From: a bacterium
GTDB lineage: Bacteria; SM23-31
Direction of reading: 5' to 3'
DNA length: 64,000 nt
Assembly (NCBI GenBank): GCA_965249485.1
Contig: OZ252239.1
Span: forward strand, 3,136,001 to 3,200,000
Each line of letters begins with the position of its first letter. The stretch's first letter is position 1. The translations under genes and the position numbers were made by a program. Shown here piece by piece: positions 24,648-34,664 of the stretch. The notes beneath the pieces are model-generated. The model was not told the DNA's origin and did not search any database. It was given only the letters and a program-made list of their open reading frames with translations.

Positions 24648-25190
24648 TTATTTTTCCTGTTCTACCTGGAGAAAATCCAATTCAACCGGAGTCGGCCTCC
24701 CAAATATCGAAACCATAACTTTCACTTTATTTTTTTCCGGATTAATATCTTCTATAAAACCGGAGAAATCATTAAATGGACCATCGACAACCTTAACAGA
24801 GTCACCAACATTGAATGGGATAGAAACAGCATCAACTTCTTCTTTTTCCACAGTTCTGCCGAGGATGCGTTCAATTTCATCTGGATGAATGACCTGAGGC
24901 GCATTTTGCGATCCAAGAAAATTAATCACACCGGGCGTATTCAATACGAGGTGCTGTGTATCTTTGTCGAGAGACATTTCTGCAAGAACATATCCGGGGA
25001 AAAAGTTTTTCGTCTTTACAACCTTTTTCCCATCTTTCATTTCAATTATATTCTCCTGAGGGACCAGAATCTGTAAAACACGATCTTCCAGCTTCGACCG
25101 CACCACTTCATTCATTATATACAACTGCACCTTTTGCTCCTGACCGGAATATACATGCAGAGCATACCATTTTGTTTCGGGTTTATCCAT
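24648..25190 (-). CDS. nusG: Transcription termination/antitermination factor NusG
   Basis: [29 protein letters not shown] and [11 protein letters not shown] motifs. Confidence 0.98.
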   Translation of the reverse strand: MDKPETKWYALHVYSGQEQKVQLYIMNEVVRSKLEDRVLQILVPQENIIEMKDGKKVVKTKNFFPGYVLAEMSLDKDTQHLVLNTPGVINFLGSQNAPQVIHPDEIERILGRTVEKEEVDAVSIPFNVGDSVKVVDGPFNDFSGFIEDINPEKNKVKVMVSIFGRPTPVELDFLQVEQEK

Positions 25191-25194
25191 CAGT

Positions 25195-25380
25195 CTATTG
25201 CAATATATATCGCATTATAGTTGTTAAACCTCGGTCAACTACAAATATAAAAAGGGCAAATATCAAGGAAACGACAATGACAACAACGGTCGATCCCCTC
25301 AACTCAGGAAATGTCGGCCAGCTTACTTTTTGCATTTCCTGCCAGACGTCATCAAAAAAAGATTTAATATTTTTCAGCAT
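25195..25380 (-). CDS. secE: Preprotein translocase SecE
   Basis: EMQKVSWPT motif plus one TM helix. Real start is ATG 25380; the ORF-track start lies inside tRNA-Trp. Confidence 0.95.
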   Translation of the reverse strand: MLKNIKSFFDDVWQEMQKVSWPTFPELRGSTVVVIVVSLIFALFIFVVDRGLTTIMRYILQ

Positions 25381-25410
25381 ATCAGTATCATACAAGTCGA
25401 AGAACAGTAG

Positions 25411-25484
25411 CAGGCCTGGAGGGATTCGAACCCCCAACACCCGGATTTGGAGTCCGGTGCTCTACCAATTGGAGCTACAGACCT
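25411..25484 (-). tRNA. tRNA-Trp (CCA)
   Basis: AGGTCTGTAGCTCCAATTGGTAGAGCACCGGACTCCAAATCCGGGTGTTGGGGGTTCGAATCCCTCCAGGCCTG; followed by CTA rather than CCA. Confidence 0.97.
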
Positions 25485-25501
25485 GGCTAATAGATTTTAT
25501 C

Positions 25502-25666
25502 TTATCGAGTTTCTTTATGAACAGTATGCGAATGGCAGTTTCTGCAGTACTTTTTATATTCAACTCTGTCGGGATGAAGACGTTTGTTTTTGGTCATCGA
25601 ATAGTTTCGATGACTACAAATCGTACATTCTAACGTAATTATATCCCTTTTTTTCTTATCAGCCAC
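25502..25666 (-). CDS. rpmG: 50S ribosomal protein L33, zinc-binding form (54 aa, below ORF-track cutoff)
   Basis: GTG start; [54 protein letters not shown]. Confidence 0.96.
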   Translation of the reverse strand: MADKKKRDIITLECTICSHRNYSMTKNKRLHPDRVEYKKYCRNCHSHTVHKETR

Positions 25667-25759
25667 AGGTCACGCTCACCAACTATATGCCTACACCGAC
25701 ACTTTAATTAAACAGCCTATCTAATTTCTTTTTTGGACTGCCAAAACGGCAAATGTTTA

Positions 25760-26962
25760 CTATTCAATAACTTCGGTAACGACACCGGCGCCAACTGTTC
25801 TTCCGCCTTCACGGATTGCAAACCGGAGCTCTTTTTCCATCGCGATCGGTGTAATTAACTCAATCTCCATTTTCACATCATCACCCGGCATAACCATCTC
25901 TACACTTTCAGGAAGCTCTGCAACACCTGTCACATCTGTCGTCCGAAAATAAAACTGAGGACGATACCCCTTGAAAAACGGTGTATGGCGCCCTCCTTCT
26001 TCTTTTGTCAATATATATACCTGACCCTTAAATTTCGTATGAGGAGTGATACTTCCCGGCTTCGATGCAACCATGCCGCGTTCCAACGACTCCTTTTCTA
26101 CACCTCGAAGAAGTAAACCTATATTATCGCCCGCTTCACCACGGTCTAAAAGCTTACGGAACATCTCAACTCCGGTTACTACCGTCTTACGCTTCGCACC
26201 AAGACCGACTATTTCGATCTCATCACCAACATTCACTACTCCACGCTCTACACGGCCTGTACCAACTGTTCCACGGCCAGTTATACTAAAAACATCCTCT
26301 ACCGGCATTAAAAATGGCTTGTCGATATCACGCTTAGGCATCGGAATATACTCATCAACAGCTTTCATCAATTCAAATATACTCGCACATTTATCACTGT
26401 CAAAATTGCCTTCTATTGCTGCATTCATCGCCCCCAATGCGCTGCCCTGAATAATCGGTATGTCATCTCCGGGAAAATCGTACTGACTCAATAACTCACG
26501 AAGCTCAAGCTCTACCAGTTCCAACAACTCAGGATCATCTACCTGATCAACCTTGTTCAAATATACAACAATAAATGGAACTCCCACTTGACGGGACAAT
26601 AAAATGTGCTCGCGTGTCTGAGGCATCGGACCATCAGCTGCAGATACCACAAGTATCGCTCCGTCCATCTGAGCCGCCCCTGTAATCATGTTCTTTACAT
26701 AATCAGCATGACCAGGACAGTCAACGTGTGCATAATGACGATTCTCCGTCTCATACTCAACATGAGCTGTCGCTATCGTTATGCCACGCTCACGCTCCTC
26801 AGGTGCATTGTCTATCGAATCAAACGTACGTACCTCTGCCAAACCCTTTTGCCCAAGTAACATCGTTATCGCCGCTGTCAATGTTGTCTTGCCATGATCA
26901 ACATGACCTATAGTACCTATATTGATATGGGGCTTCGTTCGCTCAAACTTCTTCTTCGACAT
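25760..26962 (-). CDS. tuf: Elongation factor Tu (tRNA-operon copy)
   Basis: Same protein as 9696-10898; follows the Thr-Tyr-Gly-Thr tRNAs. Confidence 0.99.
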   Translation of the reverse strand: MSKKKFERTKPHINIGTIGHVDHGKTTLTAAITMLLGQKGLAEVRTFDSIDNAPEERERGITIATAHVEYETENRHYAHVDCPGHADYVKNMITGAAQMDGAILVVSAADGPMPQTREHILLSRQVGVPFIVVYLNKVDQVDDPELLELVELELRELLSQYDFPGDDIPIIQGSALGAMNAAIEGNFDSDKCASIFELMKAVDEYIPMPKRDIDKPFLMPVEDVFSITGRGTVGTGRVERGVVNVGDEIEIVGLGAKRKTVVTGVEMFRKLLDRGEAGDNIGLLLRGVEKESLERGMVASKPGSITPHTKFKGQVYILTKEEGGRHTPFFKGYRPQFYFRTTDVTGVAELPESVEMVMPGDDVKMEIELITPIAMEKELRFAIREGGRTVGAGVVTEVIE

Positions 26963-27017
26963 AGCGCTTACTCCCTCTTTGAGAGAGTCCTTTCTTAAAT
27001 CCTGATCAGAATTTCCG

Positions 27018-27090
27018 AGCCTACGACCGGGATTGAACCGGTGACCTCATCCTTACCAAGGATGTGCTCTACCGACTGAGCTACGTAGGC
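27018..27090 (-). tRNA. tRNA-Thr (GGT)
   Basis: GCCTACGTAGCTCAGTCGGTAGAGCACATCCTTGGTAAGGATGAGGTCACCGGTTCAATCCCGGTCGTAGGCT; no encoded CCA. Confidence 0.97.
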
Positions 27091-27138
27091 ACTAAGATTG
27101 TTTATGATTTGCCTTCCAATAATTCCCGGAAGATGTAG

Positions 27139-27213
27139 AGCGGGAAACGGGACTCGAACCCGCAACCCTCAGCTTGGAAGGCTGATGCTCTAGCCAAATT
27201 GAGCTATTCCCGC
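27139..27213 (-). tRNA. tRNA-Gly (TCC)
   Basis: GCGGGAATAGCTCAATTTGGCTAGAGCATCAGCCTTCCAAGCTGAGGGTTGCGGGTTCGAGTCCCGTTTCCCGCT; followed by CTA. Confidence 0.97.
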
Positions 27214-27238
27214 ATAATTCCGGTTATCTGGAATTACG

Positions 27239-27320
27239 TGGAGAGGGGAGGATTCGAACCTCCGAAGGCTTCGCCGACAGATTTACAGTCTGTTCCCGTT
27301 GACCGCTTGGGTACCTCTCC
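27239..27320 (-). tRNA. tRNA-Tyr (GTA)
   Basis: GGAGAGGTACCCAAGCGGTCAACGGGAACAGACTGTAAATCTGTCGGCGAAGCCTTCGGAGGTTCGAATCCTCCCCTCTCCA; long variable arm. Confidence 0.97.
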
Positions 27321-27405
27321 CAAAAATTTCATCTCTATTTTATAACTGCAGTCCTGTACGGCACAAGCTCACAAATCACTACTTTTCTATTATTATAAAA
27401 AGTAG

Positions 27406-27478
27406 AGCTGGCAGAGGGACTTGAACCCACGACCTGCTGATTACAAATCAGCTGCTCTACCAACTGAGCTATGCCAGC
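27406..27478 (-). tRNA. tRNA-Thr (TGT)
   Basis: GCTGGCATAGCTCAGTTGGTAGAGCAGCTGATTTGTAATCAGCAGGTCGTGGGTTCAAGTCCCTCTGCCAGCT; followed by CTA. Confidence 0.97.
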
Positions 27479-27537
27479 ACAACCTAAAATCAAGGTCCAA
27501 AAATCAAAGAATAAGCAATTTTTATGATAAACACGCA

Positions 27538-27566
27538 AATTTAATATTTTTATTTCAAAGTGTCAA
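27538..27566 (-). promoter_or_regulatory. Sigma70-type promoter for the tRNA-tuf operon
   Basis: TTGACA-17 nt-TAAATT about 60 nt upstream of tRNA-Thr(TGT). Confidence 0.7.
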
Positions 27567-27584
27567 TGCTTTTCTCAAACATTT

Positions 27585-29102
27585 TCAATCTTTCTTCCCT
27601 TTCCACCACCATTTCGTTCCGTCTCTCATATCTTCCACAGCTATACCCATCTCAAGCAACATATCTCTGATACGATCAGCCTCTTCCCAATTTCGTTCTG
27701 CACGGCTAATTTTTCGCTGTTCTACCAACTCATTTATCTTATTATTTATATCATCTACATCAGCAATACCAAGGCGTTTCAACACCTCTTCAGTTTCTTT
27801 TTTGGACAAATCTCTCACCATGGGACGTATAATACCAAATATCCCATCATTCAATTCATTGAGTAAATTTACCCCCATTCGCACTAATTTTATGTCTTCA
27901 TCAGAAACATCACTCTGGTGTTCTAAAATATTTGAAATATTATCAACCAACTCAAACATGGCTGCTAATGCCTGAGGCGTGTTGAAATCGTCATTCATAG
28001 CTTTTAATACACTCTGCATGCAATTGTTGACATCTTCACAGTTTTGAATGTCAATTTCTTCATCAGAATCAATCTCTGTTCTAATATTTATGAACTCATC
28101 TGCTTTCTGCATTATCAAGTAAATTCTCTCGACTGCAGATTCTGCATTTTTAAGAAACTGTTCTTCAAACGCAATCTGCTTTCTGTAATGACTTTGGAGA
28201 AAAAACAGACGTATCGCCTCTTTTGAATACTTTTTGGTCAACTCTTGAACAAGTACAACATTGCCTTCAGATTTTGCCATCTTCTTATCTTTCAGATTGA
28301 CAAATTCGTTGTGCATCCAATATTTTGCAAACTCTGCATCTTCACCGCACCGTGCTTGAGCAATCTCGTTTTCATGGTGTGGAAAAATAAGGTCTATGCC
28401 CCCAGCATGAATATCGAAGGTATCACCAAGCTCTTTTAAAGACATTGCAACACATTCAGTGTGCCAACCTGGTCTGCCATCACCCCATGGGCTCGACCAT
28501 TTCGGTTCTCCTGGTTTTGCTGGCTTCCACAATGAAAAATCATGAGAGTCTTTCTTCAACCTTTGAATCCCATCTTCAACACGCTCACCGACTTCCATAT
28601 TGTGCAAATCTTTTCCCGAAAGAGAGCCGTACTGAGCGTCTTTTGCAGCTTCAAAGAAGACATTCCCACCGGTTTCGTATGCAAATCCTTTATCGACAAG
28701 CTTCTGTATAAGCTCAACCATTTCCTCGATATACTCAGATGCTTTCGGATTTGCATCGGAAGGCAATACGCCGAGCGCATCACAATCTTGCTGAAAGTGC
28801 TCTATATACTGTTTTGCTACGTCATCTGTTGTTGTATTAGCCTCATTTGCCCGTGAAATAATCTTATCATCTACATCGGTAATATTCTGAACAAATTTCA
28901 TTGAGTAGCCACGATACTTGAAATATTTCCGGACAACATCAAACACAATAAGCGGGCGGGCATTACCAATGTGGATATAGCTATATACCGTCGGACCGCA
29001 TAGGTATAAGCTCACCTCATTCGGTCTGACCGGCTCGAACTTTTCTTTTTTACGGTTGAAAGAATTATAAAGAAATATGTCTTTGGAAACATTATCAGCC
29101 AT
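27585..29102 (-). CDS. cysS: Cysteine--tRNA ligase
   Basis: CGPTVY, HIGNAR, GRPGWHTEC, DLIFPHHENE and KMAKS motifs. Confidence 0.98.
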   Translation of the reverse strand: MADNVSKDIFLYNSFNRKKEKFEPVRPNEVSLYLCGPTVYSYIHIGNARPLIVFDVVRKYFKYRGYSMKFVQNITDVDDKIISRANEANTTTDDVAKQYIEHFQQDCDALGVLPSDANPKASEYIEEMVELIQKLVDKGFAYETGGNVFFEAAKDAQYGSLSGKDLHNMEVGERVEDGIQRLKKDSHDFSLWKPAKPGEPKWSSPWGDGRPGWHTECVAMSLKELGDTFDIHAGGIDLIFPHHENEIAQARCGEDAEFAKYWMHNEFVNLKDKKMAKSEGNVVLVQELTKKYSKEAIRLFFLQSHYRKQIAFEEQFLKNAESAVERIYLIMQKADEFINIRTEIDSDEEIDIQNCEDVNNCMQSVLKAMNDDFNTPQALAAMFELVDNISNILEHQSDVSDEDIKLVRMGVNLLNELNDGIFGIIRPMVRDLSKKETEEVLKRLGIADVDDINNKINELVEQRKISRAERNWEEADRIRDMLLEMGIAVEDMRDGTKWWWKGKKD

Positions 29103-29159
29103 AATACAATAAGAAATCTATTTTGGATTACTATGAATTCTGTTAGTTTTATAAAAAAT

Positions 29160-30605
29160 TTATTGAACAACCGCGGATATCAGCCGTGTGCACTGCTCAA
29201 GACCGAGAATTTCGAGAACTTTCAGGAGTTCAGGTCCATGAACTTTTCCGGTGAGCGCAATCCGGACAGGCATCCAGAGATCTTTTCCTTTTATACCTGT
29301 CTCTTGCTGAATCGACTTCATGACGCTCTGAAAGCTATCAACTGTTAACTCTTCAAGCTTCTGCAATGACTCCAAAAGTTCAGCATACACCTGTTGTGAG
29401 GATTCTCTTTGAATAAGCTCAATTTCTTCTTCTCCATTAATTGTGATGTCATCCTTAAAAAATAGTGATGCATAAGAAGGATATTCCTTCAAAGTTTCTA
29501 CATTGTCTTTGACAGCTTCGATAATTTTAGAACGCCTTTTTGCATCGGATTCAACCATACCAGCTTCTTCAAGATATGGCGTCGCCTGCTCAAGCCGTTC
29601 TTCGGGGGTTAAAGATCTGATATACATTCCATTGAGCCAATTCAATTTTACTTGATCAAACGATGCCGGCGAACGGGACATCCGCTCAAAACTGAATTCG
29701 CTCACCAGCCTGTCGAGCGAAAGAATTTCATCTCCTGTTTCGGATGACCAGCTCAAAAGACTCAGAAAATTGATTAATGTCTGCGGGAGATAACCCTCGC
29801 TTTTAAACTCTTCAACCGATGTGTGGCCATGTCGCTTTGAAAGTCTGACTCCATCCATTCCCGTGATCATCGGAATATGTGCGAATTTCGGCAACTCATA
29901 ACCGAATGCATTATAGAGCATAATCTGTTTCGGGGTATTCGAGACATGATCATTGCCGCGGATAATGTGTGTCATTTTCATTGCATGATCGTCGACAACC
30001 GCAGCAAAATTGTAGGGTGAGGTACCATCATCACGCTGAATCACAAAATCGGTAATTGTTGCCATATCAAACGTAATGTCGCCTTGCACAAGATCGTTCA
30101 AAACGAGAGAACCTTCAGGAACACGAAACCGTACTACAGGACGCCTTCCTTCGTCTCGTAACCTGTTCTTTTCGCTATCTGTTAAATTTCTACATGTGCC
30201 ACTATAGCCGGTATAACCGGGTGGACGCTTATCCGCAAGAGCCTGCCGTCGTTGTGTTTCAAGTTCCTCCATTGAGCAGTAGCAGTGATACGCATTCCCC
30301 TGCTCAAGCAGAATATTCACATGATTTGTGTACAGTGCAAGACGTTCGGACTGCCTATATGGTCCGTAGTCACCGCCCTTTACAGTACCTTCGTCTTCTT
30401 CAAGACCGAGCCATTTTAATTGTTCATGAATCCCTATTTCCGAGTCATGTATCGAACGCTCGACATCGGTATCCTCAATTCTTACTACATAGGTACCGCC
30501 AAAATGTCTCGCACAAAGCCAATTCAATATGGCAGTCCGGGCATTTCCTACATGGAGGCGTCCAGTAGGACTCGGCGCAAATCGAACACGAACAGTATCA
30601 CTCAC
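29160..30605 (-). CDS. gltX: Glutamate--tRNA ligase
   Basis: RFAPSPTG.LHVGNAR, RIEDTD, GPYRQSER and RLSKR motifs. Confidence 0.97.
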   Translation of the reverse strand: MSDTVRVRFAPSPTGRLHVGNARTAILNWLCARHFGGTYVVRIEDTDVERSIHDSEIGIHEQLKWLGLEEDEGTVKGGDYGPYRQSERLALYTNHVNILLEQGNAYHCYCSMEELETQRRQALADKRPPGYTGYSGTCRNLTDSEKNRLRDEGRRPVVRFRVPEGSLVLNDLVQGDITFDMATITDFVIQRDDGTSPYNFAAVVDDHAMKMTHIIRGNDHVSNTPKQIMLYNAFGYELPKFAHIPMITGMDGVRLSKRHGHTSVEEFKSEGYLPQTLINFLSLLSWSSETGDEILSLDRLVSEFSFERMSRSPASFDQVKLNWLNGMYIRSLTPEERLEQATPYLEEAGMVESDAKRRSKIIEAVKDNVETLKEYPSYASLFFKDDITINGEEEIELIQRESSQQVYAELLESLQKLEELTVDSFQSVMKSIQQETGIKGKDLWMPVRIALTGKVHGPELLKVLEILGLEQCTRLISAVVQ

Positions 30606-30638
30606 AAAAAATCCCTATCATCGAATCTTGACTCAAAG

Positions 30639-31244
30639 TTACTGGACTCTTCTTTTCCAGATGTATTTCCGAAACACTAAAAACAGCAGAAGAATTCCGA
30701 CTGCTGCAAACACAATAATATTATACTGTTTGATATACTCTATAATTAATTGCCAATTATCCCCAATTGTATATCCTGCATACATCAGAATGAAATTCCA
30801 CAAAGCACAGCTTATGAGAGCAAACACAAGCACTTTTTTCAATCGCAGGACTGCAATACCAGCAAACAGAGAAATCACTGAACGAGCCCCGGAAAGAAAT
30901 CTGTTCATCGCTATGACCGCATAGCCGTACCGTTCAAACCAGGATTCAACACGTTTGAAATCATCCGACGCAAATAGCTTCCATCTCTCTGTTTCCACTA
31001 CGGTCCGCCCAAAGACTCTCCCGAGCCAGTAGAGTGACATAAATCCAGCCAGGCTTCCGATTGTCGTAACAATAAATGCCGGCGTAAAATCTATAACCCC
31101 GGTACCCACCAGATAAGCTCCGAATACAACAATTGTGTCACCGGGTATCGGTGGTATAATGTTTTCAGCATAAGCGCTAAGACACAATAGCGCGTAAACC
31201 CAAATTGCATCAACCTGTCTCAGATATTCAAACAACCCCTCCAT
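30639..31244 (-). CDS. DedA family membrane protein
   Basis: ENIIPPIPGD, GS.AG...LYWLGR and F.RYG......RF..G.R motifs; hydrophobic. Confidence 0.92.
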   Translation of the reverse strand: MEGLFEYLRQVDAIWVYALLCLSAYAENIIPPIPGDTIVVFGAYLVGTGVIDFTPAFIVTTIGSLAGFMSLYWLGRVFGRTVVETERWKLFASDDFKRVESWFERYGYAVIAMNRFLSGARSVISLFAGIAVLRLKKVLVFALISCALWNFILMYAGYTIGDNWQLIIEYIKQYNIIVFAAVGILLLFLVFRKYIWKRRVQ

Positions 31245-31250
31245 TTTACG

Positions 31251-31742
31251 TCACCTGCTCGTGTTCTCATGCTTTGCAATCAGAACCACGACATCAGCGA
31301 TAACACCCTCACCCGATCCTTCATATCCTAATCCTTCTGATGTTGTGGCTTTGATGGAAATCGCATCAATGTCAAGATGCAAAACCCTTGAAATGTTTTC
31401 CCGCATCAGAGGAATGTATTCAACAATTTTCGGCTTCTGAAGTGTCACAACACAATCGATATTCTGAATATTCCAGTACTGTGCAACAATAATATTGTAC
31501 GCCTCTTTTAAAAGCACCATACTTGAAACATCTTTATACTCCATGTCGGTATCTGGGAAATGGGTCCCGATATCCCCAAGTGCAGCCGCTCCGAGAAGCG
31601 CATCTATGACAGCATGAGTCAAAACATCAGCATCGGAATGACCGATAAGCCCCTTTTCGAAAGGAATCGTGGCTCCTCCCAGTATGAACGGACGCCCTTC
31701 AACGAATTTATGAACATCTTTTCCGAATCCAACGCGGATCAT
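31251..31742 (-). CDS. ispF: 2-C-methyl-D-erythritol 2,4-cyclodiphosphate synthase
   Basis: RVGFG.DVH, GHSDADV..HA..DA.LGA and KATT.EGLG motifs. Confidence 0.97.
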   Translation of the reverse strand: MIRVGFGKDVHKFVEGRPFILGGATIPFEKGLIGHSDADVLTHAVIDALLGAAALGDIGTHFPDTDMEYKDVSSMVLLKEAYNIIVAQYWNIQNIDCVVTLQKPKIVEYIPLMRENISRVLHLDIDAISIKATTSEGLGYEGSGEGVIADVVVLIAKHENTSR

Positions 31743-32455
31743 TTCGGGTATTGCCCTCGTGCTTTAAGAATTTCTTCAACTGCCTTCAAATCATGCCGAT
31801 GAGTTACTTTTATGTTTGTCATATCTCCCTGAACAATACGTACGGTACCGACATAATTACGGTACAGGAATGCGTCATCACTTGCAGACACATTATCCTT
31901 TTGAGCACTCTTATGCGCCTGAATGATTTTATCTACTTTGAAGACCTGCGGCGTCTGAGCCTGCCAGATTGTCGATCTCTCGACATAATCAGACACAACA
32001 CATTCATTCCCAATAAATGTGCTGTCAACTGCCGGCGTTGCAGTCACTATTGCTCCATGCTCAGATGCCTCCTTACACGCACAATCAATAAGCTCATGCG
32101 TTACCGCTGGACGGACACCATCATGAATAGCGACAAGCTTCACATCATCTTTGAGAGATTGCAGTCCATTAAAAACCGACTCCTGTCGGGATGCTCCTCC
32201 CACTACAAATCGAAGCAAATTGGCAAATTCATATCCATCGAACATGCGATCACGAATCTCAGTGATATCATCTTCACCTGCAACAATCACAATATTATCC
32301 CTAAATACAGACTTTGAAAATGCCCATGCTGACCACACAAGAATTGGGTGGCCGCACAGTATAACAAACTGTTTCTTAGTTTGATTGTGGAACCGTATTC
32401 CTCTCCCAGCTGCTACAATAATCGCTGCACAATCGCTTTTTTGAATAAGAGGCAT
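31739..32455 (-). CDS. ispD: 2-C-methyl-D-erythritol 4-phosphate cytidylyltransferase
   Basis: AAG.G.RF, KQF, GG.SRQESV, IHDGVRP, QTPQ.F and NIKVT motifs; start approximate. Confidence 0.95.
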   Translation of the reverse strand: MPLIQKSDCAAIIVAAGRGIRFHNQTKKQFVILCGHPILVWSAWAFSKSVFRDNIVIVAGEDDITEIRDRMFDGYEFANLLRFVVGGASRQESVFNGLQSLKDDVKLVAIHDGVRPAVTHELIDCACKEASEHGAIVTATPAVDSTFIGNECVVSDYVERSTIWQAQTPQVFKVDKIIQAHKSAQKDNVSASDDAFLYRNYVGTVRIVQGDMTNIKVTHRHDLKAVEEILKARGQYPK

Positions 32456-32497
32456 GTACTTGCGGGTAGATAATTTTGAAGGAACACATCTCGTCAA

Positions 32498-33526
32498 TTA
32501 CGTTATAATCATGGCATCGCCGTAACTGTAAAACCTGTACTCTTCTTTTATAGCTTTCCGATACGCTTTAAATATCAAATCTCGCGATGAAAATGCCGAA
32601 ACTAGCATTAACAATGTCGAGCAGGGAAGATGAAAATTTGTAATCAACTGATCAACAATTTTAAATTCATACGGCGGGAAAATAAACTTATCAGTCCATC
32701 CTGAATAAGATTTAACATAATGGTCTGACGTCACAGCAGATTCCAATGAACGGACAGAGGTCGTGCCAACACATACGACTGATTTTCCATTCCGCTTTGT
32801 TTCATTTATTTCTTCTGCAGATTCTTCGCTAATTTCATAAAACTCCGAATCCATACGGTGGCGTGTCAAGTCTTCTACCTGCACAGGTCTGAATGAACCA
32901 AGACCGACATGAAGCACGATCGGGACAATCTTCACCCCTTTTGCCTTGATTGACTCCAGAAGTTCCTTTGTAAAATGTAATCCGGCTGTCGGGGCCGCTA
33001 CTGCCCCACGGGATTTTGCATAGACCGTCTGATACTGGTCTTTATCATTCGGTTCGGATTCGCGGGTTATATAAGGAGGTAGCGGTGCCTGTCCAATTTT
33101 TTCAATGATATCAAGAAAGTCACCTGGATAATCAAATCGGACAACACGTCCACCAGAAACCGTATTATCAAGGACATCACAAGTAATATTCTCGTTAACA
33201 ATTAGTCTGTTTCCTATCCGTACTTTTCGTGCAGGCTTCACTAATACTTCCCAGAGATTGTTTTCTAGTTCGCGCAAAAGAAAAATTTCGACTTCGGCTT
33301 CAGTCTTTTCTTTTATGCCAATTAGACGTGCTGAAAACACTTTGGTCTCATTAATTACGAGACAATCGCCATCATTCAAAAAATCGATAACATTCTTGAA
33401 CTCACTATGTTCAAATTTTCCATCCTGCCGGTTCAACACCATCAGTCGAGAACTATCGCGAGGTACTTTTGGATATTGAGCTATTAACTCTTCCGGAATT
33501 GTATATTTGAAATCAGAAAGTTTCAT
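32498..33526 (-). CDS. queA: SAM:tRNA ribosyltransferase-isomerase
   Basis: PLPPYI.R, YQTVYA, AAPTAGLHF, TNFHLP and YRFYSYGDAM motifs. Confidence 0.98.
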   Translation of the reverse strand: MKLSDFKYTIPEELIAQYPKVPRDSSRLMVLNRQDGKFEHSEFKNVIDFLNDGDCLVINETKVFSARLIGIKEKTEAEVEIFLLRELENNLWEVLVKPARKVRIGNRLIVNENITCDVLDNTVSGGRVVRFDYPGDFLDIIEKIGQAPLPPYITRESEPNDKDQYQTVYAKSRGAVAAPTAGLHFTKELLESIKAKGVKIVPIVLHVGLGSFRPVQVEDLTRHRMDSEFYEISEESAEEINETKRNGKSVVCVGTTSVRSLESAVTSDHYVKSYSGWTDKFIFPPYEFKIVDQLITNFHLPCSTLLMLVSAFSSRDLIFKAYRKAIKEEYRFYSYGDAMIIT

Positions 33527-33635
33527 GTACTACTCTCCTGCGATTCACTCAAGAATCATTAGTGTTACATCAGCTGTCCGTATTTTTATTGTCATAGACA
33601 CAATCGAAATTAACAATTTAATTGTATTGAATGTT

Positions 33636-34664
33636 TTAATTCTGAAATATTTTAAACTGCCCTTTTACATGTTTAATCTGTAAATGATCGTATGCTACTG
33701 ATGACGCAACTCTTCCGGACTTACTCCGTTGGATGAACCCTTCCTTTAGCAAATAGGGCTCAACCAGTTCTTCAAGTGTATTCGATTCTTCATTGAGAGT
33801 TGCCGCTATCGCGTCAATACCTACCGGCCCTCCCTGATAACTCTCTATAATGACACGGAGATATTTTCTATCAAGCACATCAAGTCCCATTTCATCGATA
33901 CCCTCCAACTCGATAGCGTTTATGGTAACTTCATGGCGGATTGTTCCGTCACCTTTTACCTGGCAGTAATCTCTGACTCTTCGCAATATTCTATTTGCTA
34001 TCCGGGGAGTACCTCGGGATCGTTTTGCAATTTCATGCAGAGCTTTCTCATCGATATCTGTCTCAAGCTTTTCTGCAGAACTTTGCACAATTTTTTTTAT
34101 ATCATCGATCGGATAAAAATCGACATGGTAATGGAGTCCGAATCTATTCCGCAGCGGTGCAGACAATAGCCCCGCACGGGTTGTAGCGCCAATCAGCGTA
34201 AATTTCTGCAGCGGAATATTTATTGTTTTCGCAAAAGCGCCCTTATCTACTACAAAGTCAACCTTAAAATCCTCCATTGCAGGATAGATAAACTCTTCTA
34301 CAGCAGTACCGAGACGGTGAATCTCATCAATAAAAAGCACATCTCCTTGCTTCAAGCCTGTCAATATTCCTACAAGATCTCCGGGACGTGTCAATGACGG
34401 ACCAGAGGTCGAAGTTAGTTTGTTCTTCATTTCATGAGCTATGATATGAGCAAGTGTTGTCTTCCCTAAACCGGGAGGCCCATAAAGCAACACATGTTCA
34501 AGCTGGTCTCCACGCTGCTTAGCCGCTTCAATTGATATCTTTAGCTTATCGACCGTTACAGTCTGACCGACAAAGTCCTGAAGCCGTGTCGGCCGCAGAG
34601 CGTAATTATTGGTATCTTCACCCTCGGCAAGCTGCTGGCTGTTTATCAGTCGCTCCCTGCTCAC
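33636..34664 (-). CDS. ruvB: Holliday junction branch migration ATPase
   Basis: GPPGLGKTTLA, FIDEIHR, GATTRAG and SRGTPRIANR motifs. Confidence 0.98.
   Translation of the reverse strand: MSRERLINSQQLAEGEDTNNYALRPTRLQDFVGQTVTVDKLKISIEAAKQRGDQLEHVLLYGPPGLGKTTLAHIIAHEMKNKLTSTSGPSLTRPGDLVGILTGLKQGDVLFIDEIHRLGTAVEEFIYPAMEDFKVDFVVDKGAFAKTINIPLQKFTLIGATTRAGLLSAPLRNRFGLHYHVDFYPIDDIKKIVQSSAEKLETDIDEKALHEIAKRSRGTPRIANRILRRVRDYCQVKGDGTIRHEVTINAIELEGIDEMGLDVLDRKYLRVIIESYQGGPVGIDAIAATLNEESNTLEELVEPYLLKEGFIQRSKSGRVASSVAYDHLQIKHVKGQFKIFQN

Noticed and set aside
25381..25440. N-terminal extension of SecE in the ORF track
   Set aside because: Overlaps tRNA-Trp; ATG 25380 gives a normal-length SecE.
24956..25633. 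225-aa plus-strand ORF
   Set aside because: Antisense to nusG, secE, tRNA-Trp and rpmG, which fully explain the sequence.
27335..27975. ORFs 27335-27538 (-) and 27421-27975 (+)
   Set aside because: They translate tRNA-Thr, its promoter and the antisense of cysS.
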